From the human T2T-CHM13v2.0 reference genome, Homo sapiens, in NCBI GenBank assembly GCA_009914755.4, contig CP068257.2, forward strand, positions 1,984,001-2,048,000: DNA of 64,000 bases, read 5' to 3'. The position numbers and the translations under genes are program-made. Positions 11,801-23,160 of the stretch are shown here, piece after piece (within the stretch, counting starts at the first letter, position 1; every line of letters begins with the position of its first letter). Under the pieces are notes generated by a model, which was not told the DNA's origin, ran no database searches, and saw only the letters and a program-made list of their open reading frames with translations.

Positions 11801-13900
11801 TGGAATGGCATGGACTCGAAAGGAATGGACTGGAATGGAACCGTTCCGAATGAAATGGACCCGAATGGATTGGAACTGAAAGGTATGGTATTGAATGGAA
11901 TGGAATCGAATGGAATGGAATGGACTGGAATGTAATAGAATGGACTGGAATGAAATGGACTGAATGGAATAGACTAGAATGGAATGGAATCAAATGGAAT
12001 GGGCTCGAAGGAATGTATTCGAATGGAATGGAATCAAATGGAATGGAATAGAATGGAAGGGACTTGAATTGAATGGATTGTTACGGAACGGTATTGAATG
12101 GAAGGGAATGGAATGGATTGGAATGGAATGCAATGGACTGGAATGGAATAGACTCAAAAGGAATGGAATCGAATTGAATGGAATTGAACAGAAGGGAATC
12201 AAATGGAATGGAAGCGAATGGAATGGAACGGAATGGAATGGAATTGAATGGAAAATAAGGGAATATAATGGAATGGACTCTAATGGAATGGACTCAAAGG
12301 GAAGAGAATAGAATGGAATAGAATGGAATGGAATGGAATGGACACGAATGCAATTGATTGGAGTGGTGTGGAATGGAATGAAAGGGAATGGACTCTAATG
12401 GAATGGAACGCAATGAAATGGAATGGAAATCAATGGAAAGGAATCGAATGGAAAGGAATGGAATATAATGGAATCAAATGGAATGGAAGGGAATGGAATG
12501 GATTCGAATGGAACGTAATGGCATGAAATGGAAGGGAATTGAATGGAATGTATTGGAATGGAGTGGAATGGAATGGCATGGAATGGAATCAAAAAAATGG
12601 AATTGATTATCATAAAATCTAATGGAATGGAATAGAATATATTTGAATGGAATGGACTGGAATGGAATGGAATCAAAAAATTGGAATGGAGTGGAATGGA
12701 ATGTAGTGTAATGGAATGGAATGGAATGGACTTGAAAGGAATCAAATGTAATGGACTAGAATTGCGTGGAATTGTATGGAATGGAATGGAGTAAAATGGA
12801 GTGAACTGGAATGGAATGGAATAAAATGGAATGGAATCTAATGGAACGGAATCAATTGGAATGGCCTCGAATTGAATGGATCCGAAAGAATTTTCTCGAA
12901 TGGAATGGGAAGACTCGAATGTAATGAAACGGAATGGAATTGAATGGAATTGTATGCAATCGACTCGAACATAATCGACTGAATTGGAATGGAGTCAAAT
13001 GGAATAGAAGCGACTGCAATGGAATCAAATGGAATTTAATTGAACTGAAACAAATTCAATGGAATGGAATGGAATGGAAAGGAATTGAATGGATTGGTAT
13101 GGAGTGGAATGTAACGGACTCGAAAGGAATGTACACGAATGGAATGGAATTGAATGGATTGGAATCGAGTGGAATGATATCAAATTGAATTGAATCAAAT
13201 GGAATGGAATGGAATGGAATGGAATGTGACGGAATGGACTCAAATGGAATGGACTCAAAGGGAATGGAATAGAACAGAATGGAATGGAAAGGAATGGAAA
13301 CGATTTGAATGGAATGGGATGGATTCAAATGGAACGGAATGGAATGAAATGGAATGGAAGTGAATGGAATGTCATGGCATGGAATGGAATGGAATGTACT
13401 CGAAAGGAATGGAATGAAACGGACTGCAATGGAATGGAAAGTAGTGGAATCGAATGTAATGGAATGGCACGAGATGGAATCAAATGCAATGGAATCGAAT
13501 ATAATGTAATGTAAAGGAATGGAATGGAATGGAAACGAAAGGAATGGCATGGCACAGAAAGGAATGCAATGGATTCGAATTGAACCAAAAGGAATGCAAT
13601 GGAATGGAACTGAAAGGAATGGAATGGAATGGAATGGAATGGAATGGAATGGCCTTGAATGCAATGGAAAGGAATGGAAAAGAATGTACTAGAATGGAAT
13701 GGAACGGAATGGAATGGAATGGAATGGAATGGAATGGAATAGAATTGTATGGAATGCAATTGCATGGAATGGAATTGAACACAATGGAATGGAGTGGAAT
13801 GGAATGGAATGCACTTGCATGCAATGGAATCAAAAGGAATGGTATCGAATGGAATGGAATCGAATTCAAAAAATTGGAATGGAATGGCCTCGAAAGGAAT

Positions 13901-14120
13901 GGAATTGAAAGGAATGGAACGAAATGCAATCAAATGGAATCAAATGGAATTAAATGGACTGGAATGGAATAGACTGGAAAGTAATGGACTGGAATGGAAT
14001 GGAATCGAATGGAATTGAAAGTAATGGAACGAAATGCAATCAAATGGAATCAAATGGAATTAAATGGACTGGAATGGAATAGACTGGAAAGTAATGGACT
14101 GGAATGGAATGGAATCGAAT
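13901..14120 (+). repeat. Local tandem duplication of a 110-bp block.
   Basis: ggaattgaaagtaatggaacgaaatgcaatcaaatggaatcaaatggaattaaatggactggaatggaatagactggaaagtaatggactggaatggaatggaatcgaatgg is present twice (gaaatgcaat at 13921 and 14031). ORFs 13794-14018 and 13994-14179 encode near-identical peptides as a consequence. Confidence 0.85.
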
Positions 14121-17100
14121 GGAATGGAAACAAAAGGAATGGAATCAAATGGAATGGAATCCAATGGAATGGACTCTAATGGAATGGATTGGAATGGAAC
14201 GGTCTTGAAAGGAATGGAATTGAATGGAATGAAATGGAATAGTATTAAAGGCAATGGAATGAAATGGAATCGAATGGAAAGGAAAGGAATGGAGTGGGAT
14301 GGAATGGAAACGAATTGAATGGAATGGAATGACAAGGAATGGAATCGAATGAAATAGAATCTAATGGAATGGAATGGAATTGATTCAAATGGAATGTACT
14401 CGAATGGAATGGACTCAAATGGAGTGGAGTGTAATGGAATGGAAAGGACTCAAATATTATGGGCTGGAATGCAATGGACTCGAATGGAACGGACTCGAAT
14501 GGAATAAAATGGATTGGAATGGAATGGAAAGGAATGGACTTGAATGTAATGGGCTGGAATGCAGTTGATTGTAATGGAATGTATTTGAATGGAATGGCTT
14601 TCAATGTAATGTAATATAACCGAATGGAATGAAATGGAATGGAATGGGAAGGAATAGAATGGATTGGAAAGGACTCGAATGTAGTGGGCTCCATTGGAAT
14701 GGAATCCAAAGGAATGAAATAGAATGGAATGGAATCCAATGGAATGGAATAGAATGGATTGGAATCCAATGGAATGGAATCAAATGGAATGGAGTGGAAT
14801 GCGATGGACTCGAATGAAATGGACTGGAATGTAATTGTCTCTAATGGAAAGCAATGGAATGGAATGGAATCAAATCGAATGGAATGTAATCGATTGGAAT
14901 AGAATGGAAGTGAATGGAATGGACTCCCATGGAATGTACTCGAACAGAAAGCAATCAAATGGAATCGAATCAAATAAAATGCAATGGAATGGAATGGAAT
15001 GAAATGGAACGGAAAGGAACTGATTGAAAACAAACTGAATGGAATAGAATGGAATCCAAAGGATTCGAATGGAATGGAATGGAATGAAATGGAATTGAAT
15101 GGAATGGAAAGGAATGGAATCGATTCGAATGGAATGGAATGGCATGGAATGGAATCGAATAAAATGGAATGAAATTGAATGGAATGGGATGGAATGAAGT
15201 GGACTGGAAAGGATTCGAAAAGAATGGACTGGAATTGAGTGGAACTGTATGGAATGGAACGGACTCGAATGGAATGGAATCGAATGAAATGGAGTCGAAT
15301 TGAATGTGTCCAACTCGAACGCTGTCCAGTGTAATGTAATGGGATGGAAGGGAATGGAATTTAATGCAATGGAAAGACTAGAATGGAATAAAATGGAATG
15401 GAATGGAATGGAATAGAATGTAATGGACTGCAATGGAATGGACTCGAATGGAATGCACTAGAGTACAAAGGAATTGAATGCAATTTAATCGAATGGAATG
15501 AAATCCAATGGAATGGAATGGAATGCAATGCATTGGAACAGACTGGAATGTAATGTACTCGAATGGAATTCACACGAATGGAATGAAATTGAATGCAATC
15601 GATGCGAATGGAATGGAATCAAATCGAATGGAATGGAATGGAATGGAATGGAATGGAATAGATTATAATGGAAAAGAATAGAATGGAATGGAATGGAGTT
15701 GAATGGACTCGAATCGAATGGACTCAAAGGGAATGGAATGGAACATAATACAATGGAAAGGAATGGAATTGACTCGAATGGAAAAGAATGAAGTGGAATG
15801 GAATGGAATTGATCGCAATGGATTCCAATGGAATGGAAAGGAAAGAAATGGAATGGAATTGAATGGAATGCCCGGAAATCAATTGGAATGGAATGGCATG
15901 TAATGGAATCTAATGGAATCGAATTAAATGGAAAAGAATCGAATGAAATGGAAAGGAATTGAATAGAATGGATTTGAATGGAATGGAATGGAATTTAATA
16001 TAATGGAATGGACTGGAAATGAATGGAAGCGAATGGAATGGAATCGAATGGAATGGACTCGAATGGAATGGAATGGAATGGAATCGTCTCAAGTGGAATG
16101 GAATGGAATAGAATGGAATGGAATCGAATGAAACTGAATGGAATTTAACGGAATTGAATGGAATGGAATAGAATCGAATAGAAGGGAACCAAATGGAATG
16201 GTGTGTAATTGAATGAAGTAGAATGGAATGGACTCCAATGGAATGAACTCGAATGGATTGGAATGAAATGGAATGGAATGTTATAGAACGGAATCGAATG
16301 GAGTCAAATGGAATGGAATGGATTGGAATGGAATGGAATGGAATAGAATCAAATGGAATGGAATCACATGGAATGGACTGGAACGCAATGAACGGGAATG
16401 GAATTAACCCAAATGGAATAAACTCGAATGGAATGGATTGCAATGGAATGGAATCTGATGGAATGGAATAGAATGGAATGGACATGAATGGACTGAACTG
16501 GAATGGAACGGTCTCGAATGGAATGGAATCGAATGGAATGATATCAAATGGAATTGAATGGAACGGAAAAGATTGGAGTGGTATGGAATGAAATTGACAC
16601 AACTGAATTGACTGGAATGGAATGGAATGTACTCGAATGAAATGGACTGAATGGAATGGCCTCGAAAGGAATGGAGTCGAATGGAAAGGAATCGAAAGGA
16701 ATGGAATCCAATGGAATAGAATTACAAGGAATGGAAATGAATGGAATGGAATCAAATGGATGGGAATTGAATGGAATGGAAAGGGCTGGACTGGAATGGA
16801 ATGGACTCGAAAGGAATAGACTGGAATGGAACCCTCTGGAATAAAGTGGAGACGAATGGATTGGAATTCAAAGGAATGGATTCGAATGGAATGGAATCGA
16901 ATGGAATGGAACGGAATTGAAGGGAATAGAATGGACTTGAATGTAATTGACTGAATGGAACGGACTCAACAGGAATGGAATCGAATGGAATGGAATCAAA
17001 AGGAATGGACTCGAAAGGAAGGTAATCAAATGGAATGGAATCAAATGGAATACAATCAAACGGAAAGAACTACGATTGAATGGATCGGAAAGGAATGGTA

Positions 17101-19094
17101 TTGAATGGAATGGAAGTGAATGGAAAGGAATGGAGTGGAATGGAAGGTAATGGAATAGAATCGAATGGAATGGAAAAGAATGGAATGGAATGGAATGGAA
17201 TGGAATGGACTGCAATGGAATGGAATGTACTCGAATCTAGTGAACTGGAATAGAATGGATTAGAATGGAATGGAGTCGAACGGAACGGAATCAAATGGAA
17301 TGGATTCTAATGGATTTGAATCCAAAGAAACAAAAAAAAATCGAAAGCACTCTAATGAAAGGAAATTGAATGGAATGGAATATATTGGACTTGAGTGGAA
17401 TGGACTCGAAAGGAATGGACTTGACTGGAATCATCTTGATTAAAGTGGACCCAAATTGATTGGAATAGACAGGAATGGAATTGAAAGAAATAGAATCAAA
17501 TGGAGTTGACTCGAATGGAATGTAATCAAATGATAAGGAATCAGCTGGAATGGAATAGAATGGAATGGGCTTCAATTGAATGGATTTGAATGTAATTGTC
17601 TCGAATGGAATTGAATGGAATGGATAGGAGTGGAATAAAATGGAATGGAATGGAATGGAATGAAATGGAATGGAAAGGAATGGAATGGAATGGAATCGAA
17701 TCGAAAGGAATGGCCTGGAATGTAATTGCATGGAATGAAATCGAACTGAATAGAATCTAATGAAACGGAATGCAATTGATTCGAATGGATTGGACTGGAA
17801 AGGAATGGAATCGAACAAAATGAGATGGAATGGAATGGTATGGAATGGAATGGATTCGAATGGAAAGGAATGAAATTGAATGGAATAGAATGGAATGCAA
17901 TGGACTGGAAAGGATTCAAATGGAAAGGACTGGAATTCAGTGGAATCGTATGGAATGGAATAGAATGCAATGGAATGGAATGGAATGGACTCGAATGGAA
18001 TGCAGTCGAATAGAATGGAATCTAATGGAATGGAATCGAATGGAATGGACTCTAATTGAATGGATCAGAATGGAACTGTCTCGAATGCAAAGGAAAGGAA
18101 TGAAAAAGACTCGAATGGAAAGAAATGGAATGGAAAGGAAAGAAATGGAATGGAATAGAAATTTACTGATTCGAATGGAATGGACGGGAATGGAATGGAA
18201 TCACATGGAATGGAATGGAATGGAATGGAAGGGAATGGACTCAAATGTAATGGACTTGAATGAAAAGGACTCGAATGGAATGGAGCGAAATGAAATGGAA
18301 TGGAATGGAATGGACTCGAATGTAATGGACTGGAATGGCATGGACTCGAAGGGTATTGACTTGAATGGAATGCAATGGAATAGTATGGAATGGAATGGAA
18401 TCAAATGTAATGGACTGGAATGGAATGTACCCGAATGGAATGGACTCGAATGGAATGGATTCCACTGGAATGGAGTCGAATGGAATGCAATTGAAAGGAA
18501 AGGAATCGAATGGAATGGAATCAAAAGGAATGCAATCATGCACTAGAATGAATTGGACTTCTTTGGATTGGACTCGAATGGATAACAATTGAATGGAATG
18601 GAATTGAAAGGAATGGAATCAAATGGAATGGAATCGAATCGAATGCATTGGAATGGAAGGGACTCAAATGGAATGGACTGGAATGGAATGGTCTTGAATG
18701 GAATGGAATCGAATGGAATGCATTACAATCGAAGGGACTCAAATGGAATGGACAGGAATGGAATGGTCTTGAATGGAATGGACTCTAATGGAATGGAATG
18801 GAAAGAATGGCATGGAATAGAATGGAATGGAATGGAATCGAATGTAATGGACTGGAATGGAATGGAATAGAATGGAATGGAATGGAATGGAAAGTAATGG
18901 ACTGGAATGGAATGGACTCGAATGAAATTGACTCGAATGGAATGGACTCCATTGGAATGGACTCCAATGGAATGCAATCGAATGGAATGCCAGCGAATGG
19001 AAGGGACTGGAATGGAATGGACTCGAATGGATTTGAATGGAATGGAATGGAATGTAATACAATGGAATGGAGTAGAGGGGAATGGAATGGAATG

Positions 19095-19295
19095 TATTGC
19101 AGTGGAATGGAGTGCAGTGCAGAGGAATGGAATGGGATGGAGTGGAATGAAATGGAATGGAAAGGAATGGAAGGAAATGGAGTGGAACAGAATGGAGTGG
19201 AATGGATTGCAGTGCAGAGGAATGGAATGGGATGGAGTGGAATGAAATGGAATGGAAAGGAATGGAAGGAAATGGAGTGGAATGGAATGGAGTGG
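19095..19295 (+). repeat. Local tandem duplication of a roughly 95-bp block.
   Basis: gcagtgcagaggaatggaatgggatggagtggaatgaaatggaatggaaaggaatggaaggaaatggagtggaa occurs at 19114 and again at 19209. Confidence 0.8.
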
Positions 19296-22209
19296 AATGG
19301 AATTGAGTGGAATGCAATGGAATGGAATGGAATGGAGTGGAATGGAGTGTTGTGGGGTTGAGTGGAAATTAAAGGAATGGATTAGAATGGATTGGAGAGG
19401 AATTGGGTGGAATTGAGTGTAGTGGAATGGAATGGATTGAAGTGGAATGGAGTGGAGAAGCATGGAGTGGAATGAAGTAGAATGGAGTGGAATGGAGTGG
19501 ATTGCAGTGGAGTGAAATGCAGTAGAATGGAGTGGAATGTAGTGTAATGGTGTGGAATGGAGTGGAAAGTAGTGGAATGGAATGGAGTGGAGTGGACTGG
19601 AGAAGAGCAGACTGCAGTGGAGTGGAATGGAGTGGAATGGAATGCAGTGGAGTGGAACGGAATGGACTGGAATTGTATGGAGTAGAATGGAGTCCAGTGG
19701 AGTGGAATGGAATGGAGTGGATTGGAGTTTCGTAGAAGGAAGTGTAATGTGCTGGAGTGGAATGGAATGAAATGGAGTGGAGGGCAGTGGAGTGGAGTGA
19801 ATTGGAATGGAAAGTAATGGATTGGATTTCAGTCTAATGGAATGGAGTGGAATGGAATGAAGTGGAATCGAATTGAATGGAATGGAATGGATTGGATATG
19901 AGTGGAATGGAATGGAGTGGAATGGAAAGGAGTGGAATGGTTTTGAGAGGAATCGAATGGAATGGAATGGAATGGAATGGAGTGTAGAGTAGTGCATTGG
20001 AGTGGGATGGAAATGAATGGATTGGAATGTCATGGAATGGAATGGAAAGGAATGGAGTGGAGTGGAGAGCAGAGGAGCGGAATCCAAAGGAATAGAATGG
20101 AATAGAGAGGAATGGAATGGAGTGGATTGGAGCGCAGTGGAATGGAATGGAATGGAGTGGAGTGGAATGGAATGGAGTGGAGTGGAATGGAATGGAACGA
20201 AATGGAGGGCACTGGTTTTGAATGGAATGGAATGGAAAGCAATGGAATGGAATGGAACGGAAAGGAGAGGAGGGTAGCATAGTGGAGTGGAATGAAATGG
20301 AATACAATGGAATGGAAAGGAAAGGAATGGAATGCTATGGAATGGAGTGGACTGGAATGGAATGGAGTGGAGGGGAGTGGAATGGTTTGGAATGGATTGG
20401 AATGGAATGGAAGTGAATGGAATGGAATGGAAGGGAATAGAATGCAATGGAATGGAGTGCAGTGGAATGGAATGGAGAGGAGTGGAAAAGAATGGAATTG
20501 AATGGAGAAGAGTTGAATGGAATAGATTGGAGTGGAATATAAAAGAATGGAATGGAATGGAATGGAATGCAATGGAATTGAATGGAGTGCAGTGGAGTGG
20601 AGTGGATTAGTGTAGAATGGAATTGAATGGAACGGAATGGAATACAATAGAATGGATTAGAATGGAATGGAATGGAATGCAATGGAGTGGAATGGAGAGG
20701 AGTGGAGTGGAATGAAATGGAATTAAGAGGAGTGGAATGAAATGGACTGGAATGGAATATATTGGAATGGAGTGGAGTGGACTGGAATGGAATAGAGTAG
20801 AATGAAGCAAAGTGGAATGGAGTGGAGTGGAATGGCATGACATGGAATGGAATGGAATGGAGTTGAGTGGAGTGGAATGGAATGGAATGGAGTGTAGTGC
20901 AGGGGAGAGGAGTCGAGTGGAATACAGTGGAATGGAGTGGAATGGAATGGATTGCAGTTTAATGGAATGGAGCGGAATGGATTGGAGTGGAATGGAATGG
21001 ATTGGAATGGAGTGTAATAGAATGGTGTGGAGTGGAGTGGAATGGAATAGACTGGATTATTGTGGAGGGTAATGGAATGAAATTAAGTGGAGTGGAATGG
21101 AATGGAGTGGATTGCAATGGAGTGGAATGGAATGGAGTGGAAAAGAATGGAGTGAAATAGAGTGGAATCGAGTGGAGAAGACTGGAATTGATTTGAAAGG
21201 AATGGAGTGGAATGCAGGGAAGTGGAATGGTATGTATTGGAATGGAGTGGAGTGGAATTGAGTGGAATGGACTGGAGTGGAATGGAAGTTAACGGAATGG
21301 AATAGAATGGAATGGAATGGAGTTGAGTGGAATGGAACGGAATGGAATGGAATGGAGTGGATTGGAATGGAGTGGAATGGAATGGTGAGGAATAGAATGC
21401 AGTGCAGTGCATTGGAATGGAATAGAGTGGAATGGAGTGGTGTGGAATGGTATGGAATGCAGTAGAGTTTAACAGAATGTAGTGGAAGGACAGGGAATGG
21501 AGTGGAGTGTAATGGAATGGAATGCCGTGGAAAAGAATAGAATGGAGTTGAGTGGAATGGAATGAAGTGGAGTGGAATGGAGTGGCGTGGATTGCAATGC
21601 AATGGAGGCGAATGGAATGGTGTGTGAAATGTAATGGAGTGGATTGCTTGGAATGTAATGGAGTGGAATGGAGTTGAGTGGAATGGAATGGGATGGAGAG
21701 GAATGGAATGGAATGGAATGGAATGGAATGGAATGGAATGAAGTGGAATGGAGTAGAATAGAATGGAATGGGCTGGAGTGCTGTGGAATGGAATGGAGTG
21801 GAGTGGAGTGGTACGTAAATGAATGGAATAAAATGGAATGGAATGGAATGGAATGTAGTGGAGTGGAGTGAAGTGGAGTGGAATTGAATGGAATGGGATG
21901 GAGTGGAATTGAATAGAGTGAATGGAATGTAGTGGAATGGAATGGAGTGGAGTGGATTGGAATGAAATAGAGTGCAATGGAGTGGTGTGGAATGGGTTGC
22001 AATGGAGTGGAATTTAAGGTAATGCAGTGGATTGGCATGAAATGGAGTGGAGTGGAAGGGAATGGAATGCTGTAGAATGGAATGGAATGGAGTTGAGTGG
22101 AATGGAAAGAAGTGGAGTGGAAAGGAATGGCGTGGAGTCGAATGGAATGGAGTGGAATTGAATGGTGTGTGAAATGGAAAGCAGGATATTGAAGAGGAAT
22201 GTAACGGAG

Positions 22210-22950
22210 TGGAATGGAGCTGTGAGTGGAATGCAATCGAAAGGAATGGAATTGAATGGAATGGAATCGAGTAAAGTGGAATGGAATGTAAGCAAAAGGA
22301 ATGGACTAGAATGGAATGGTCTCGAATGGAATGGAATCGAATTGAATGGACTTGAAAGAACGGATTCGAATGGAATTAAATCAAATGGAATCGAATGCTC
22401 TGGAATGGAAAAGAATGGACTCGAATTTAATGGAATGAAATGGAATTCACTCAAATGGAATGGAATCGAAAGTAAGGATATCTAGTGGAATAGATTCTAA
22501 TGGAATGGAATCGAATTGAATGGACACGAATGGCATGAACTTGAATGGACATTTCTCGAATGGAATGGAATGGAATGGTGTGGAATGGAATGGACTCGAA
22601 TGGAATGGTCTCCAATGGAATGGAATCGAATGGAACGCAATCGAAAGGAATGGAATCGAATGGAATTGAATCGAATAAAGGGGAATAGAATGGACACGAA
22701 AGGATTATACTAGAATGGAACCATCTATAATGGAATGAAATTGAATAGAATGGAATTGAATGGATTGGATTCGAATAAAATGAAAAGGAATCGAATCGAA
22801 TGGACTGTAATGGAAAAGAATCGACTCGAATGTAATGGACTAGAATGAAATGCCTTCAAATGGAATAGAAACTAATGGAATGGAAGCTAAAGGAATGGAA
22901 TTGAATCAAATGGAAACGAAAGGAACGAATTGGAATGGAAAGGTCTCCAA
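22210..22950 (+). repeat. Island of domain-B-type (CGAATGG/GACTCGAATGG) satellite, about 740 bp, embedded in domain C.
   Basis: gcaatcgaaaggaatggaattgaatgg ... ggactcgaatggaatggtctccaatggaatggaatcgaatgg ... ggaatcgaatcgaatggactgtaatgg. The flanks are GGAGTGG-type. Confidence 0.65.
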
Positions 22951-23030
22951 TGGAATGGAATGGAATACAATGGAATGGAATGGAATGGAAAGGAATGGAA
23001 TGGAGTGGAATGGAGTGGAATGGAATGGAA

Positions 23031-23160
23031 CGGTATGGAATGGATTGGATTGGAGTGCATTGCAGAGGAATGGAAAGGAACGGTATGGAATGGATTGGAT
23101 TGGAGTGCATTGCAGAGGAATGGAAAGGAACGGTATGGAATGGATTGGATTGGAGTGGAA
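23031..23160 (+). repeat. Local tandem repeat of a 50-bp block, about 2.6 copies.
   Basis: cggtatggaatggattggattggagtgcattgcagaggaatggaaaggaa starts at 23031, 23081 and 23131. Confidence 0.85.

Larger units (their letters stand above)
3580..19060 (+). repeat. HSat3 domain B: CpG-dense subfamily with dominant unit GGAATCGAATGGAATGGACTCGAATGG and almost no GGAGTGG.
   Basis: Abrupt change in variant composition at about 3575 to 3585 (...ggattcgaatggaatggacgggaatgg...). Frequent tCGaatgg and ggaCTCGaatgg. It lacks the ATCATC/GATGAT signature of HSat2, so it is still HSat3. Confidence 0.75.

Noticed and set aside
7975-16390. The classical satellite-3 10-mer CAACCCGA(A/G)T interspersed among pentamers.
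   Set aside because: I looked for it and only found degenerate relatives (taacccaaat at about 16384, ggacccgaat at about 7980/9215), not the canonical decamer at regular intervals. This array is of the nearly pure pentamer type.
3580-19060. Domain B might be Human Satellite II rather than HSat3, because of the frequent CGAATGG.
   Set aside because: The HSat2 hallmark ATCATC/GATGAT (in ...GAATCATCATCGAATGG...) is essentially absent, with only isolated instances such as ggaatcatcttg at about 17430. The 5-bp GGAAT periodicity is well preserved. It is better called a CpG-retaining HSat3 subfamily.
21615-22180. aatggtgtgtgaaatg at 21621 and 22165 resembles the GGAATGGTGAAATGAAATGTG leader that precedes the Alu tails in domain A. 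Could these be relics of additional, deleted Alu-bearing units in domain C?
   Set aside because: Only about 12 bp of similarity, and no trace of the Alu-derived gagattgtgccactgc downstream. Most likely a coincidental pentamer variant.
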